This document shows, one piece after another, positions 40,424-50,003 of a stretch of DNA of 64,000 nucleotides. A program made the position numbers and the translations under genes. This DNA is from Candidatus Methanoperedenaceae archaeon. Its GTDB lineage: Archaea; Halobacteriota; Methanosarcinia; Methanosarcinales; Methanoperedenaceae. Position 1 is the stretch's first letter. Each line of letters opens with the position of its first letter. Below the pieces are notes generated by a model. It did not search any database. It was not told the DNA's origin and was given only the letters and a program-made list of their open reading frames with translations. The stretch covers positions 32,001-96,000 of the forward strand of contig CAVWCX010000036.1 in assembly GCA_963753595.1 (NCBI GenBank), given 5' to 3'.

Positions 40424-41584
40424 TCACAGGATCTGGTCTATTATTGAGCCCCTGTTCCTGCTATTGTTCCTGGTAGCCGCTACAGCCACTTTGATCTTCT
40501 CTTCAACCGAAGAAGCGCTGTTTCTCATTGGCATGCTGTCTCCCTTTGGCCCCATGATCTGGGCTGAGTGGATACCTGTCATGATCGCCATGCAGCGTAC
40601 CTTGCCCTCGTATTCCTTCTTTACTCTTGCTCCCCAGATAACGTTTGCATGGGAGTCAAGTTCATAAGTCAGGGATGAAGCGATCTGTTCGGCCTCATGG
40701 AGTGACATATCAGTTCCGCCGGTTATGTGGAGCAGGCAGCCTGTTGCGCCCTTTGTATCCACATCAAGCAGCGGGTGATTCAAGGCAGCTCTTACTACTT
40801 CCTTTGCCTTATCCTGTCCCTTTGCCTCACCGACAAGCATTACTGCAAGTCCTCCGCCCTTCATTATAGCCCTGACATCTGCGTAGTCAAGGTTTATCAA
40901 TGATGGCTGGGTGATAGTTTCGGTAATACCTTTTACGGTCTCAGATATCAACTGGTCCATTACTGAAAATGCCTGGTCAATCGGGAGATTCGGGACATAA
41001 TCAAGCAGCCTGTTGTTATCAAGGACTATTACGGTATCTGCTGCTTTTCTCAGTTCGTCCAAACCTTCCTCAGCCTTGAACATTCTTGAGCGCTCTACCT
41101 TGAATGGGCTTGTGACCATTCCGATAACTATTGCGCCCTGGTCTTTTGCTACCTGTGCAACTACTGGTGCAACGCCTGTTCCTGTTCCGCCACCCATTCC
41201 TGCTGTGACAAATACTAAGTTTGCATCCTTAAGTACATCTTCAAGTGTTCCCCTTGCAAGTTCCGCGGCTCTTCTACCAACTTCCGGGAACCCGCCTGCG
41301 CCCAATCCCCTTGTTATTGATTTGCCGATCAAGATCTTCTTATCTGCCTGGATGATATCCAGGTGGATCTTATCTGTGTTTATTGCGATAGTATCTGCGC
41401 CTGCAACGCCGATGTTATAAAGACGGTTCACTGTATTATTGCCGCCTCCGCCGCATCCGACTACTACGATCTTTGGTGTTCCAAATTCATCAATCTCTTC
41501 AGACGAGCCGCATGCTGCCTGCTTGAAACTGGTTTCCTTTTCCTTAAATTTTAATGCGTCCTGTACAAATGATTCCATATTCAT
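40424..41584 (-). CDS. ftsZ: Cell division protein FtsZ (FtsZ2 by context)
   Basis: [23 protein letters not shown]. Confidence 0.97.
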   Translation of the reverse strand: MNMESFVQDALKFKEKETSFKQAACGSSEEIDEFGTPKIVVVGCGGGGNNTVNRLYNIGVAGADTIAINTDKIHLDIIQADKKILIGKSITRGLGAGGFPEVGRRAAELARGTLEDVLKDANLVFVTAGMGGGTGTGVAPVVAQVAKDQGAIVIGMVTSPFKVERSRMFKAEEGLDELRKAADTVIVLDNNRLLDYVPNLPIDQAFSVMDQLISETVKGITETITQPSLINLDYADVRAIMKGGGLAVMLVGEAKGQDKAKEVVRAALNHPLLDVDTKGATGCLLHITGGTDMSLHEAEQIASSLTYELDSHANVIWGARVKKEYEGKVRCMAIMTGIHSAQIMGPKGDSMPMRNSASSVEEKIKVAVAATRNNSRNRGSIIDQIL

Positions 41585-41588
41585 CCCC

Positions 41589-41837
41589 TCAGATGATTTT
41601 TTTATATTCCTTCTCTTGTTCCTCTTTTAAGCGTAAGAATGACTCTGCATTCTTTGACTGCTCTTTTGCTTTATCGAACAATTGCATCCTGCCAACCAAT
41701 TTTTCACTTCGTTGATCGATTAGGTCTCTTATAGCCGTCCTGATTGCTTCGCTAGCGGACGGAAATTCGCCAAACTCAACTAACATGTCGATCATTTTTA
41801 ATTGCTGTTCCGGGAGCCTTAGTGTTACTCTTTGCAT
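41589..41837 (-). CDS. cdrS: RHH cell-division regulator, CdrS-like
   Basis: [24 protein letters not shown] directly upstream of ftsZ. Confidence 0.85.
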   Translation of the reverse strand: MQRVTLRLPEQQLKMIDMLVEFGEFPSASEAIRTAIRDLIDQRSEKLVGRMQLFDKAKEQSKNAESFLRLKEEQEKEYKKII

Positions 41838-41942
41838 ATTTTGGTAACTCCCTGTGGGAGGTTTGATGAACCCTGAGATTTTTCGTAATTTTAGACGGGT
41901 TCATCAAAGTTGCTTACAAGTGTACGCCTTTTGTGCGCCAGA

Positions 41943-41989
41943 TGTATGACGTTTGTCTGACACAATGTCTGACGCAAAGATATATAAAA
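41943..41989 (-). promoter_or_regulatory. cdrS-ftsZ promoter with three phased TGTMTGAC repeats
   Basis: TTTTATATA on the minus strand at 41981-41989; repeats at 41943, 41954 and 41966. Confidence 0.55.
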
Positions 41990-42016
41990 GTATCGATTAA
42001 ATAAAGTCATCATAGA

Positions 42017-43425
42017 GGTGGTTACCAAGACACCCTTGAAACCATTGGTAGATTTTTTTTCACCTCCTATGTGAGATATGCAACCGAAGAGAGATTTTCT
42101 TTTATACCATGCTGCAATCGTGCAAATGCTACTGCCAGCATGGCAATACAGCATTCTGTCACGTGAAGATCAATATTCTTCATACCTTTACCATTCAAAT
42201 GTACCTCAACTTCAAGGTGATCTTTCAGATAGCTATTGATTCCTTCGTTGCTGTTTCTTCTATGGTAGAGATCAAGAACATTATCGGGACACTCATCATA
42301 TTTATTCATATAGTCATTTCTAAAATACATGGCAACAGGGTCATGAAATCCCTTTTTGACCAGAAATTGCATCTTATATTCTAGAGAAGCATCTTTCTTA
42401 TATTTTGAATCTTGCCAATTTTTTCTATAGAGATAATTAATCTCCTGTTCAGGGGAGTAGATATAGGTTTTTCCATTAAACCTATGCTCGTATTTTACAT
42501 TTTCTCTCCAATCCTTGTCAATATGATAATGTGACATCAAACCCATTTCAACATGAGCAAATGCAATGTTTTTGTTGCTGTTATAACCGCCATCGAACCA
42601 AGTCTCTTCCATGTTCATCCCGGCAGATACTGCTGTCTTTCGGAGCATATCTTCAAGATATTTATCATCATCTTCAGTTCCACCGCATACCTTTTTGGCC
42701 AGAGGAATATTGTGCTCATAATCCATGGTTATTTGTGCTTTGACCATCTTTTTCTTATAATGGCCATTGTATTTTCCATCAGGATCGTTATGTGTCTTGA
42801 TTGGAGTACTATCTGTTCCAGTGCATTTTCCAATTTTTAAATCCAATCGGTTACCAGCTTCTACAACCTTTATACAAAAAAGTTGCATTATAGAATCCAT
42901 CCCCTTATTACCCAGTCTCACTTTTTCGAAATGCCTCAAAGTTTCATGATCTGGAACTATGATATTTTCATCCGGATCAATATTGAAACCCAATTCTAGT
43001 GCCTCATCAGGATGTGTTCTTAAGTTTCTTTCCTCTTTCGTATAATATTTTATTGTCTTTATGTTTCTCCAGATAAATGCCTTTACCATTGCCCTTCTTG
43101 GATAGGTTTCCACTCCTTCTTTAACGGTATAATGCTTGTTGATTTCAGGCATTATCGGATCCAGGTTTAATCCTTCCAGAAATTTTGATGCCCGAACGCT
43201 GTTCTCGGAGGTTGCATCTGCAAACTCTTCATTATTTGCATCGGTTTGACCGATGAATTTGTTCCAATAGCTTTTTATTTGCTTATCAACATTAAACTCC
43301 ATTGTTCATCCCCTCTTTGGAATTTTGTGATTAAAATAATAATGGGGGGATGAATAATATAAATCTTACTGCAAGTATAAAAAATAGTTAAATTTATAAG
43401 GCAAACCTATGAATTGGTAACCACC
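42017..43425 (-). mobile_element. IS4/IS5-like insertion sequence
   Basis: Perfect 12-bp TIR GGTGGTTACCAA/TTGGTAACCACC; 5-bp ATAGA duplication at 42012-42016 and 43426-43430. Confidence 0.9.
42067..43302 (-). CDS. DDE transposase
   Basis: TDSTPI, FDGGY, Y.RR..NEG.N..LK (YREK-like). Confidence 0.88.
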   Translation of the reverse strand: MEFNVDKQIKSYWNKFIGQTDANNEEFADATSENSVRASKFLEGLNLDPIMPEINKHYTVKEGVETYPRRAMVKAFIWRNIKTIKYYTKEERNLRTHPDEALELGFNIDPDENIIVPDHETLRHFEKVRLGNKGMDSIMQLFCIKVVEAGNRLDLKIGKCTGTDSTPIKTHNDPDGKYNGHYKKKMVKAQITMDYEHNIPLAKKVCGGTEDDDKYLEDMLRKTAVSAGMNMEETWFDGGYNSNKNIAFAHVEMGLMSHYHIDKDWRENVKYEHRFNGKTYIYSPEQEINYLYRKNWQDSKYKKDASLEYKMQFLVKKGFHDPVAMYFRNDYMNKYDECPDNVLDLYHRRNSNEGINSYLKDHLEVEVHLNGKGMKNIDLHVTECCIAMLAVAFARLQHGIKENLSSVAYLT

Positions 43426-43503
43426 ATAGAAAATTGATTTTATTTTGAGTTCAATTGTATATACGCAAACCTTATCAGTATTTAAAAAGTATTAGGTTAA
43501 AAC

Positions 43504-44724
43504 GTGATAGAAAAAACCATTGCAGGATTGAAAGTAGGGGACGATCAACCTGTAAGGATAATGGGAGTAATTAATCTCAGCAAAGAGTCTTTTTATAAGA
43601 ATTCTGTGGTTTCACCTGAACATGTACTTGATGCTGCCCTCAAAATGATAGATGAAGGCGCAGATATTATCGATGTTGGGGCGCGTTCGACATGGCCTCT
43701 TGCAGCCAGAATATCAAAAAATGAAGAACGTTCCCGCCTGATACCTGCCGTTCGCGCCCTTGCGGATATTCCCGTGCCGGTTTCAGCGGATACGATGTTT
43801 TCAGACCTTGCAGAAGAAGCGCTTGTTGCCGGTGCGAAGATAATAAACGATGTTAGCGGCTTCACGGCTGATGAAAAAATGATGGACGTGGCTGGAAAAT
43901 ACGCCTGCCCTGTAATATTAATGGCTAGCAATAATATTCCGGGTGATCCGGTGGGAATGGATGCGATAATGGAGTCACTGGGAAGAATAATTGAACGGGC
44001 CGAGAATTGCGGAATTTCACCGGATTCAATTATCATCGACCCGGCTATTGGAAAATGGACTTCACAAAAGCTTCCTGTTTTTGATTATGAGACAATTGAC
44101 AGCATCAATAGACTCAGGATTTTTAATAAACCCATATTAGCAGCAATATCACGAAAATCTTTCATTGGTGAGACATTGAACAAACCCGCAGCTGAAAGGC
44201 TTTATGGAAGCCTTGCAGCAACTGCGATTGCAGTAAGGAACGGGGCGCATATAATACGTACCCATGATGTAGCGCCAACTGTAGATGCAGTCAGGGTCGC
44301 CCAGGCAGCACGGGCAAAGATCCCCAAAGCCAGGTCAGGAACTATTGTTGCACAATTGCTTGATATTAAAAATATTGAGGATTGCCGGGAAGCGATGCTA
44401 TCGATAGGTGTGACCTCAACCGGAAGTCAGATTATGAAGAAAAAAACATTGATTTACAACATTTTGATCAATAATATAAGCACAACCGAAGCATTAATAA
44501 TAAAGCAGGAGATGCTGGCCAGAGGCGGAGATGCAGCCCTTCCGCGCGAAGCTGTTTCTCATGAAATCGAAAAGGTGAGCCTCATTATTTCAGGAACACA
44601 TCTCCAGGTTGAACGTCTTATAAATAAAATCCGCCGCCAGGTAAGAGAGCTTCCCGCAATTGCAGATATGCTGACCGAATTGATGAATAAGAACAATGAT
44701 ACAGTTTTCAGGTATTCAAGATAA
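43504..44724 (+). CDS. folP: Dihydropteroate synthase with extra C-terminal domain resembling dihydropteroate reductase (Prd)
   Basis: MGVINLS.ESF, DVGA.ST, NDVSG, SRKSFIG, IRTHDV; tail LIIKQEMLARGGDAALPR. Confidence 0.9.
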   Translation: MIEKTIAGLKVGDDQPVRIMGVINLSKESFYKNSVVSPEHVLDAALKMIDEGADIIDVGARSTWPLAARISKNEERSRLIPAVRALADIPVPVSADTMFSDLAEEALVAGAKIINDVSGFTADEKMMDVAGKYACPVILMASNNIPGDPVGMDAIMESLGRIIERAENCGISPDSIIIDPAIGKWTSQKLPVFDYETIDSINRLRIFNKPILAAISRKSFIGETLNKPAAERLYGSLAATAIAVRNGAHIIRTHDVAPTVDAVRVAQAARAKIPKARSGTIVAQLLDIKNIEDCREAMLSIGVTSTGSQIMKKKTLIYNILINNISTTEALIIKQEMLARGGDAALPREAVSHEIEKVSLIISGTHLQVERLINKIRRQVRELPAIADMLTELMNKNNDTVFRYSR

Positions 44725-44726
44725 AA

Positions 44727-45353
44727 ATGATAATTTCAAGGCAAAAAGAATTCAATGATATCCTGCAACTGGTCAGTGAGAAAAATATTTTCATAATCGG
44801 CTGCGGAAAATGTGCGAAAAAACAGCGAGTTGGCGGGGAACCTGAAGTCCTTGACATGAAAAAAAAACTTGAAGCTTCAGGAAAAAATATTACCGGATGG
44901 ACGGTTTTAAGTTCTGCCTGCAGCATCAGTTCCTGGGAGGAGGTCCTGTCACAGAATCCCGGTATTAAAAAGGCTGGCGCACTTCTGGTAATGTCATGCG
45001 GGGGAGGCGTTTCTGTGATATCAGGATTTGCGGGGCTGCAGGTATATCCTGCTCTTGATACGGAATCCCTCGGAGGAGTTTGCTGTAATGAAGTGGTAAC
45101 AGAACAATGCGGCATGTGCGGGGATTGCACGATATGGTTATACGGCGGAATTTGTCCAGTCATCCGGTGCCCAAAAAGTCTTTTAAATGGGCCATGCGGC
45201 GGCGCAGTTGAGGGAAAATGCGAAGTGGATGAACGCTTATGCGCATGGGATAAGATATTTGAAAGGTTAAAAGAGCTGGGGAAACTTGAAAATATTGAAA
45301 ATATACATGAGCCAAAAGACCACAGGAAAAAAGGCAGGGTGAAAAAAACTTGA
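44727..45353 (+). CDS. metV: Methylenetetrahydrofolate reductase small subunit
   Basis: GCGKCA, CGMCGDC, GICPVIRCPKSLLNGPCGG, CAW. Confidence 0.9.
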   Translation: MIISRQKEFNDILQLVSEKNIFIIGCGKCAKKQRVGGEPEVLDMKKKLEASGKNITGWTVLSSACSISSWEEVLSQNPGIKKAGALLVMSCGGGVSVISGFAGLQVYPALDTESLGGVCCNEVVTEQCGMCGDCTIWLYGGICPVIRCPKSLLNGPCGGAVEGKCEVDERLCAWDKIFERLKELGKLENIENIHEPKDHRKKGRVKKT

Positions 45354-46228
45354 GCTTCATTTCAAAATTACGATCGGGAAAATTCATGATCACAGCAGAG
45401 ATCAGCCCCCCAAAAGGGACTGATACATCGCGAATGTTACGAGATGCTACCCTGTTAAAAGATATAGCTGATGCAGTAAATGTGACTGATAACCAGAGGG
45501 CTGTGATGAGAATGAGTCCTCTTGCAGCATGCAGTATCCTCCGGGGGAATGGATTGGAAACCATTATGCATATCACTTGCAGGGACAGGAACAGGCTTGC
45601 TCTCCAGTCTGAACTTATCGGGGCCTGGGCTCTTGGAATAAGAAATATACTCGTTATGTCAGGAGACCATCCTTCAAAAGGCGACCATGAGGGAGCAAAA
45701 CCTGTTTATGATCTTGACTCTGTGCAGCTTCTCGCAATGTTACGGAAATTGAACCAGGGAGTAGATCATTCAGGAAATAAACTGGATGGGATGACGGATT
45801 TCTGCGTGGGTGCTGTAACAAATACCGGATTAAATGAAGCAGCACTTATTAAGCTTAAGAAAAAAATAAAGGCGGGAGCAGTTTTTCTTCAAACACAGGC
45901 TGTATTTGATGTAAAACGTTTTTCTGAATTTATTGAAAAAACCGAGGAAATCAGATCAAAACAATCAAAAAAAATAAAGATTATTGCCGGTATAATACCT
46001 TTAAGATCAGAAAGGAGTGCGCTTTTTCTTAACAAGGTTCCCGGCATAAGAGTTCCTGATGATATGATCAAACAAATAAAAGATGCAAATAATCCTGAAA
46101 TCGAAGGCATGAGAATTACCGCAAATATAATAAAAGAATTACGGACAATGTGCGACGGCGTCCATATTATGCCGGTCGGGAACCACGAAAATACAAAAAA
46201 GTTGCTCGAAATGGCAGGTTTAATATGA
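45350..46228 (+). CDS. metF: Methylenetetrahydrofolate reductase
   Basis: TAEISPPKG, NVTDN, TCRDRNR..LQS, GDH, QTQ, GVHIM. Confidence 0.93.
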   Translation: MSFISKLRSGKFMITAEISPPKGTDTSRMLRDATLLKDIADAVNVTDNQRAVMRMSPLAACSILRGNGLETIMHITCRDRNRLALQSELIGAWALGIRNILVMSGDHPSKGDHEGAKPVYDLDSVQLLAMLRKLNQGVDHSGNKLDGMTDFCVGAVTNTGLNEAALIKLKKKIKAGAVFLQTQAVFDVKRFSEFIEKTEEIRSKQSKKIKIIAGIIPLRSERSALFLNKVPGIRVPDDMIKQIKDANNPEIEGMRITANIIKELRTMCDGVHIMPVGNHENTKKLLEMAGLI

Positions 46229-47517
46229 AGAATATGCAGACTCAGATTGAACATGCAAGGGATGGAATAGCAACACAACAAATGGAAGAGGTCGCAAGGA
46301 CTGAAAATATCAATATCGATACCCTCATTTCGCGTATTTCAAATGGAAGTATCGTAATAATGAACCGGGGAAATATTGGAGATAATAATAGGGGTAGTGT
46401 ATCTGGTAATGTATCTGTCGGCATCGGTAAAGGTCTGTCAACAAAAGTCAATGTGAATTTAGGCACATCTACCTTAAAGATCGATCCTGATGAAGAGGTA
46501 AAAAAAGCCCGTATCGCCCAGATGTATGGCGCTGACACGATAACTGATCTTTCCATGGGCGGGAATATTTCCTATATCCGAAAGATGATAATGGAGAATA
46601 CAACTCTTCCTTTGACCACTGTCCCGATTTACCAGGCTGCGGCCGAAAAAGGTCTTGGGAATATCGATTGCGATGATATCATCAAGAACTTAAAACAGCA
46701 GGCTGATGAAGGTATCAGTTCTTTTGTGCTTCATTGCATCGATAAAAAGACACTCGATATAATGAAAAAAGGAAAACGAATAATGGGTGTTGTATCAAAA
46801 GGAGGATCAATAACAAGCGCCTATATGATGCTTAATAAATGTGAAAATCCTTTTATTTCGAATTTTGAGGAAGTCCTGGAGATCCTTAGAATGCATGATA
46901 TTGTGCTCTCACTTGGCAATACCATGCGAAGCGGATGCATTCACGATAAACGGGATAAAGCACAAATTGCAGAGATAAAGCAGAATGTAAAACTTGCAAA
47001 AATCGCAAATGACGCAGGTATCCAGGTAATAATAGAAGGAATGGGCGGGCATGTCGGCGCTGACAGGATAGCTGAGTATGTCAGGTTCCATAAAAAACAA
47101 TCCGGTCATCCTCTCTTTGTTGCCGGGCCGCTTCCTACTGATGTTGCAGTCGGGTATGATCATATTGCAGGAAGCGTCGGAGCAAGCCTGGCAAGCGGGG
47201 CTGGTGCTGATTACCTGTGTTATATCACTCCATCAGAGCACCTTGGTCTTCCAGGCCCCGAACAGGTGCGGGAAGGACTCATCGCTTTTAAGATAGCGGC
47301 ACATATTGGCGATTCCATCAAATACGGCCCTCATGAAAGAGACAGGGATCTTGCTAAAAAAAGGGCAAATCTTGACTGGGAAGGGCAGATGGAATATGCT
47401 ATTGATAGTGACAGGGCAAGGGAATTATCGCCAAAAGAAGGGCCGTGTACCATGTGCGGGGATTTCTGCGCAATTAAAATAATGAAGGAGTTTGGAACAT
47501 GCAATTATTCGGGATAA
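46225..47517 (+). CDS. ThiC/Bza-family radical SAM enzyme with divergent active-site motifs
   Basis: TKVNVNLGTS, DLS.GG, VPIYQ, GYDHI, CYITPSEHLGLP, CTMCGDFC; start at the ATGA overlap. Confidence 0.85.
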   Translation: MKNMQTQIEHARDGIATQQMEEVARTENINIDTLISRISNGSIVIMNRGNIGDNNRGSVSGNVSVGIGKGLSTKVNVNLGTSTLKIDPDEEVKKARIAQMYGADTITDLSMGGNISYIRKMIMENTTLPLTTVPIYQAAAEKGLGNIDCDDIIKNLKQQADEGISSFVLHCIDKKTLDIMKKGKRIMGVVSKGGSITSAYMMLNKCENPFISNFEEVLEILRMHDIVLSLGNTMRSGCIHDKRDKAQIAEIKQNVKLAKIANDAGIQVIIEGMGGHVGADRIAEYVRFHKKQSGHPLFVAGPLPTDVAVGYDHIAGSVGASLASGAGADYLCYITPSEHLGLPGPEQVREGLIAFKIAAHIGDSIKYGPHERDRDLAKKRANLDWEGQMEYAIDSDRARELSPKEGPCTMCGDFCAIKIMKEFGTCNYSG

Positions 47518-48266
47518 AAACACAGCTGATAAAACCGGGAGACGATTTTGCGCAAATACTTATCGAGTCCCTTACTTTGGCGGGAATAAAGCCGCAGGAC
47601 AATGATATTTTCGTCCTCGCAGAATCAGCGGTTGCCACCGCAGAAGGCGGGATCGTGAAATTAGACACAGTAAAACCTTCTAAAAAAGCGATCGAACTTT
47701 CAAAAATATATCAAAATGACCCGCGGAAAATGGAGCTGATAATGAGGGAATCTGATGAGATCCTTGGAGGGATACCAGGTGTGGTCGTGACCATTACAAA
47801 AGGTGTGCTCTCGCCAAGCGCAGGGATCGATAATTCAAATGCTCCTGAGGGGTATGTGGTTCTGCTTCCGCATGATCCGACAAAGAGTGCAATTGATATA
47901 AGGAAGAAACTAATGGAAGAATACAATTGCAATATTGCTGTTATAGTTGGCGATAGCAGGACACAGCCCTTGCGCCTTGGATGCGTTGGGATCGCACTTG
48001 GATGCGCGGGTATTGAACCTGTGGAGGATATCCGGGGGCGCAAAGACCTTTTCGGAAAACCGCTTTTAATTACAAGGCGGGCTACCGCTGATAATCTTGT
48101 ATCGGCAGCGCAGATTATCATGGGTGAAGCCGACGAAAGCACTCCGGCAGTGCTTATCAGGGATGCGCCTGCTGTATTCATAGATGGCAGCGTGGATATC
48201 CCGCAGATACCCAGAGTTGAATGCCTTTATTTTGCTTGTTTTGATAAAACCGGAAATAACCGTTAA
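47499..48266 (+). CDS. CofE/FolC2-family gamma-glutamyl ligase
   Basis: IKPGDD, PSAGIDNSN, LLP.DP..SA, DSRTQPLRLG, DLFG, MGEADESTP. Confidence 0.88.
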   Translation: MQLFGIKTQLIKPGDDFAQILIESLTLAGIKPQDNDIFVLAESAVATAEGGIVKLDTVKPSKKAIELSKIYQNDPRKMELIMRESDEILGGIPGVVVTITKGVLSPSAGIDNSNAPEGYVVLLPHDPTKSAIDIRKKLMEEYNCNIAVIVGDSRTQPLRLGCVGIALGCAGIEPVEDIRGRKDLFGKPLLITRRATADNLVSAAQIIMGEADESTPAVLIRDAPAVFIDGSVDIPQIPRVECLYFACFDKTGNNR

Positions 48267-48365
48267 AAACGTTATATTTTTAATATACAGAAACATTAAA
48301 TGAAGAATAAGATAAATTAAATGAAGATAAGATAAAATATCTGAGAAAAGAATATTGAGGGAATT

Positions 48366-49550
48366 ATGGCATTCGTTCAAACATTAATGAATTCTAAGAA
48401 ACATATTGATGAAGCTGATCTTGAAATCGACATTGGGAAAAATATAGCTTTGCGGCCAAGACTTGAGAATATGCAGTTTTTGGAAAGTGGAGTTGAAGCA
48501 AACCTTTACCGCATGCTTTATTCCCAGGGTCCCGGAAATGGTACAGCCCTTTTCATGCCTTTTGACCAGAAAAGTTCCGAACACGGCCCTGGTCATGAAT
48601 TCCTGTGGGAAAACGATGGGGCAGGCGCAAATGAAATAAATCTCCGGGGAAAAGGCTCGGCAGACATGCGATCCATTGCAGAATTGGTGAATCGTGGCAA
48701 TTTTTCAGGATATGTCCTGCACCCTGGCAATGTAAGGCAGTTCAAGCACTTATTCAGGCCTGATATTCCTTTGATATACAAGATAGATGGACACATTTCG
48801 CAGCCACAGAGCGCCGGATTTATGTCAACTGTGGGCACAATTGAAGAAGCGCTTAAATACGGTGCTTCCGCTATCGGTTTGACAATCTACCCTGGCGGTG
48901 AGCATGTCAAATCTGACTTTGAACGAGCAGCAGAAATTATCAGGAAAGCTCATGATGCGGGTCTTGTTGCTGTGGTCTGGGCTTATGCGAGAGGGCTTGG
49001 GTTAGATGATAAAACTAAATTTAAAGACAAAGAGGGTGAATTCCAGGGCGTGACCCAGGCCGACAGCCTGTACTGGACACATTATGCTGTTTCGATAGCC
49101 TCAGGATTACTGGGCGCAGATATTGTCAAAACCAAATATCCGGCAAAGGTAAAGCCTGACAACCGAAGAGCATACGATTCTCATATAGAAGGTCTTGCAA
49201 AAAAGAACTCAAGCATGATCGCTTACAAATACCTCGAACCAAAAAATGCAGAAACCACATTGACAGCCGGGCAGGAAATATTCAGGGCAAGCATTGTTGT
49301 GCAGGCTGCTCCTCATTCTATTGTTATTTTCTCAGGCGGGCCTAAACTGCCGGGTAATCCCACACAGAGCCTGGTGAAACAAACGGAAATCGTGATGAAA
49401 GCAGGTGCTGAAGGCGGTATTTATGGACGAAACATATGGGGATTGCCAGTCAAAGAGGGATTAGAAGCAGCCCGTGCGGTGAATGAGGTTATCAGTAAAC
49501 CGGAATTTCACAGGAAGCTGATACAGGCGAGGTTTGCAGGATACCAATAA
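48366..49550 (+). CDS. DhnA/FbaB-type class I aldolase
   Basis: PFDQ..EHGP, WAYARG, GADIVKTKYP, SGG, GRNIW. Confidence 0.85.
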   Translation: MAFVQTLMNSKKHIDEADLEIDIGKNIALRPRLENMQFLESGVEANLYRMLYSQGPGNGTALFMPFDQKSSEHGPGHEFLWENDGAGANEINLRGKGSADMRSIAELVNRGNFSGYVLHPGNVRQFKHLFRPDIPLIYKIDGHISQPQSAGFMSTVGTIEEALKYGASAIGLTIYPGGEHVKSDFERAAEIIRKAHDAGLVAVVWAYARGLGLDDKTKFKDKEGEFQGVTQADSLYWTHYAVSIASGLLGADIVKTKYPAKVKPDNRRAYDSHIEGLAKKNSSMIAYKYLEPKNAETTLTAGQEIFRASIVVQAAPHSIVIFSGGPKLPGNPTQSLVKQTEIVMKAGAEGGIYGRNIWGLPVKEGLEAARAVNEVISKPEFHRKLIQARFAGYQ

Positions 49551-49570
49551 TTATAGTTAAGAACCTAATT

Positions 49571-49670
49571 TAAATGAACATGAAAAAAACAACGAACTAA
49601 TACGAACTGAAACGAACTCCAGATAGCGTGAGTTCGTTTCAGTTCGTACGTGTTAGTTGTTAATTTTTTT
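49571..49670. repeat. ~100-bp palindromic REP/MITE-like element, copy 1
   Basis: Perfect 19-bp arms TACGAACTGAAACGAACTC (49601-49619) and its reverse complement (49630-49648). Confidence 0.85.
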
Positions 49671-49711
49671 AATAGAATAACAAAAAACAAAAAATGGTTT
49701 AAATTTAAAGT

Positions 49712-49858
49712 TCAAAAACCATTTTTAGAATAAAACCGCATTCCAAAATGTTCACACTGGCCGGCTTCGCAATCCTCCTCTTGCCGCCTGTCACAATGTG
49801 AAATCGTTAGAAGTCTTATGGCCATATCATGTTTTTGGCAGTATGGTGAAACTATCAT
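49712..49858 (-). CDS. 48-aa Cys/His-rich small protein
   Basis: AAGGAGG RBS; MIVSPYCQKHDMAIRLLTISHCDRRQEEDCEAGQCEHFGMRFYSKNGF. Confidence 0.65.
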   Translation of the reverse strand: MIVSPYCQKHDMAIRLLTISHCDRRQEEDCEAGQCEHFGMRFYSKNGF

Positions 49859-50003
49859 TTTATTCCTCCTTTTATGTCGGCGATTTTTATTAATCGTCAA
49901 CAATAAGTAAATAATTCCTATGGTATATATTATTAACCCATAATTATATAATTGTAATTATCATCATCATCATACGATAACAATAGAATTAAATGGATAA
50001 GCG

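Noticed and set aside
48366-49550. DhnA-family aldolase as AroA' (ADH synthase) feeding pABA to the folate operon
   Set aside because: Length and the DQ..EHGP motif fit FbaB-type aldolases better, and a 100-bp AT-rich gap separates it from the operon
49571-49670. Short repeated ACGAACT units as a possible CRISPR array
   Set aside because: They form one palindrome with no spacers; no cas genes in the window
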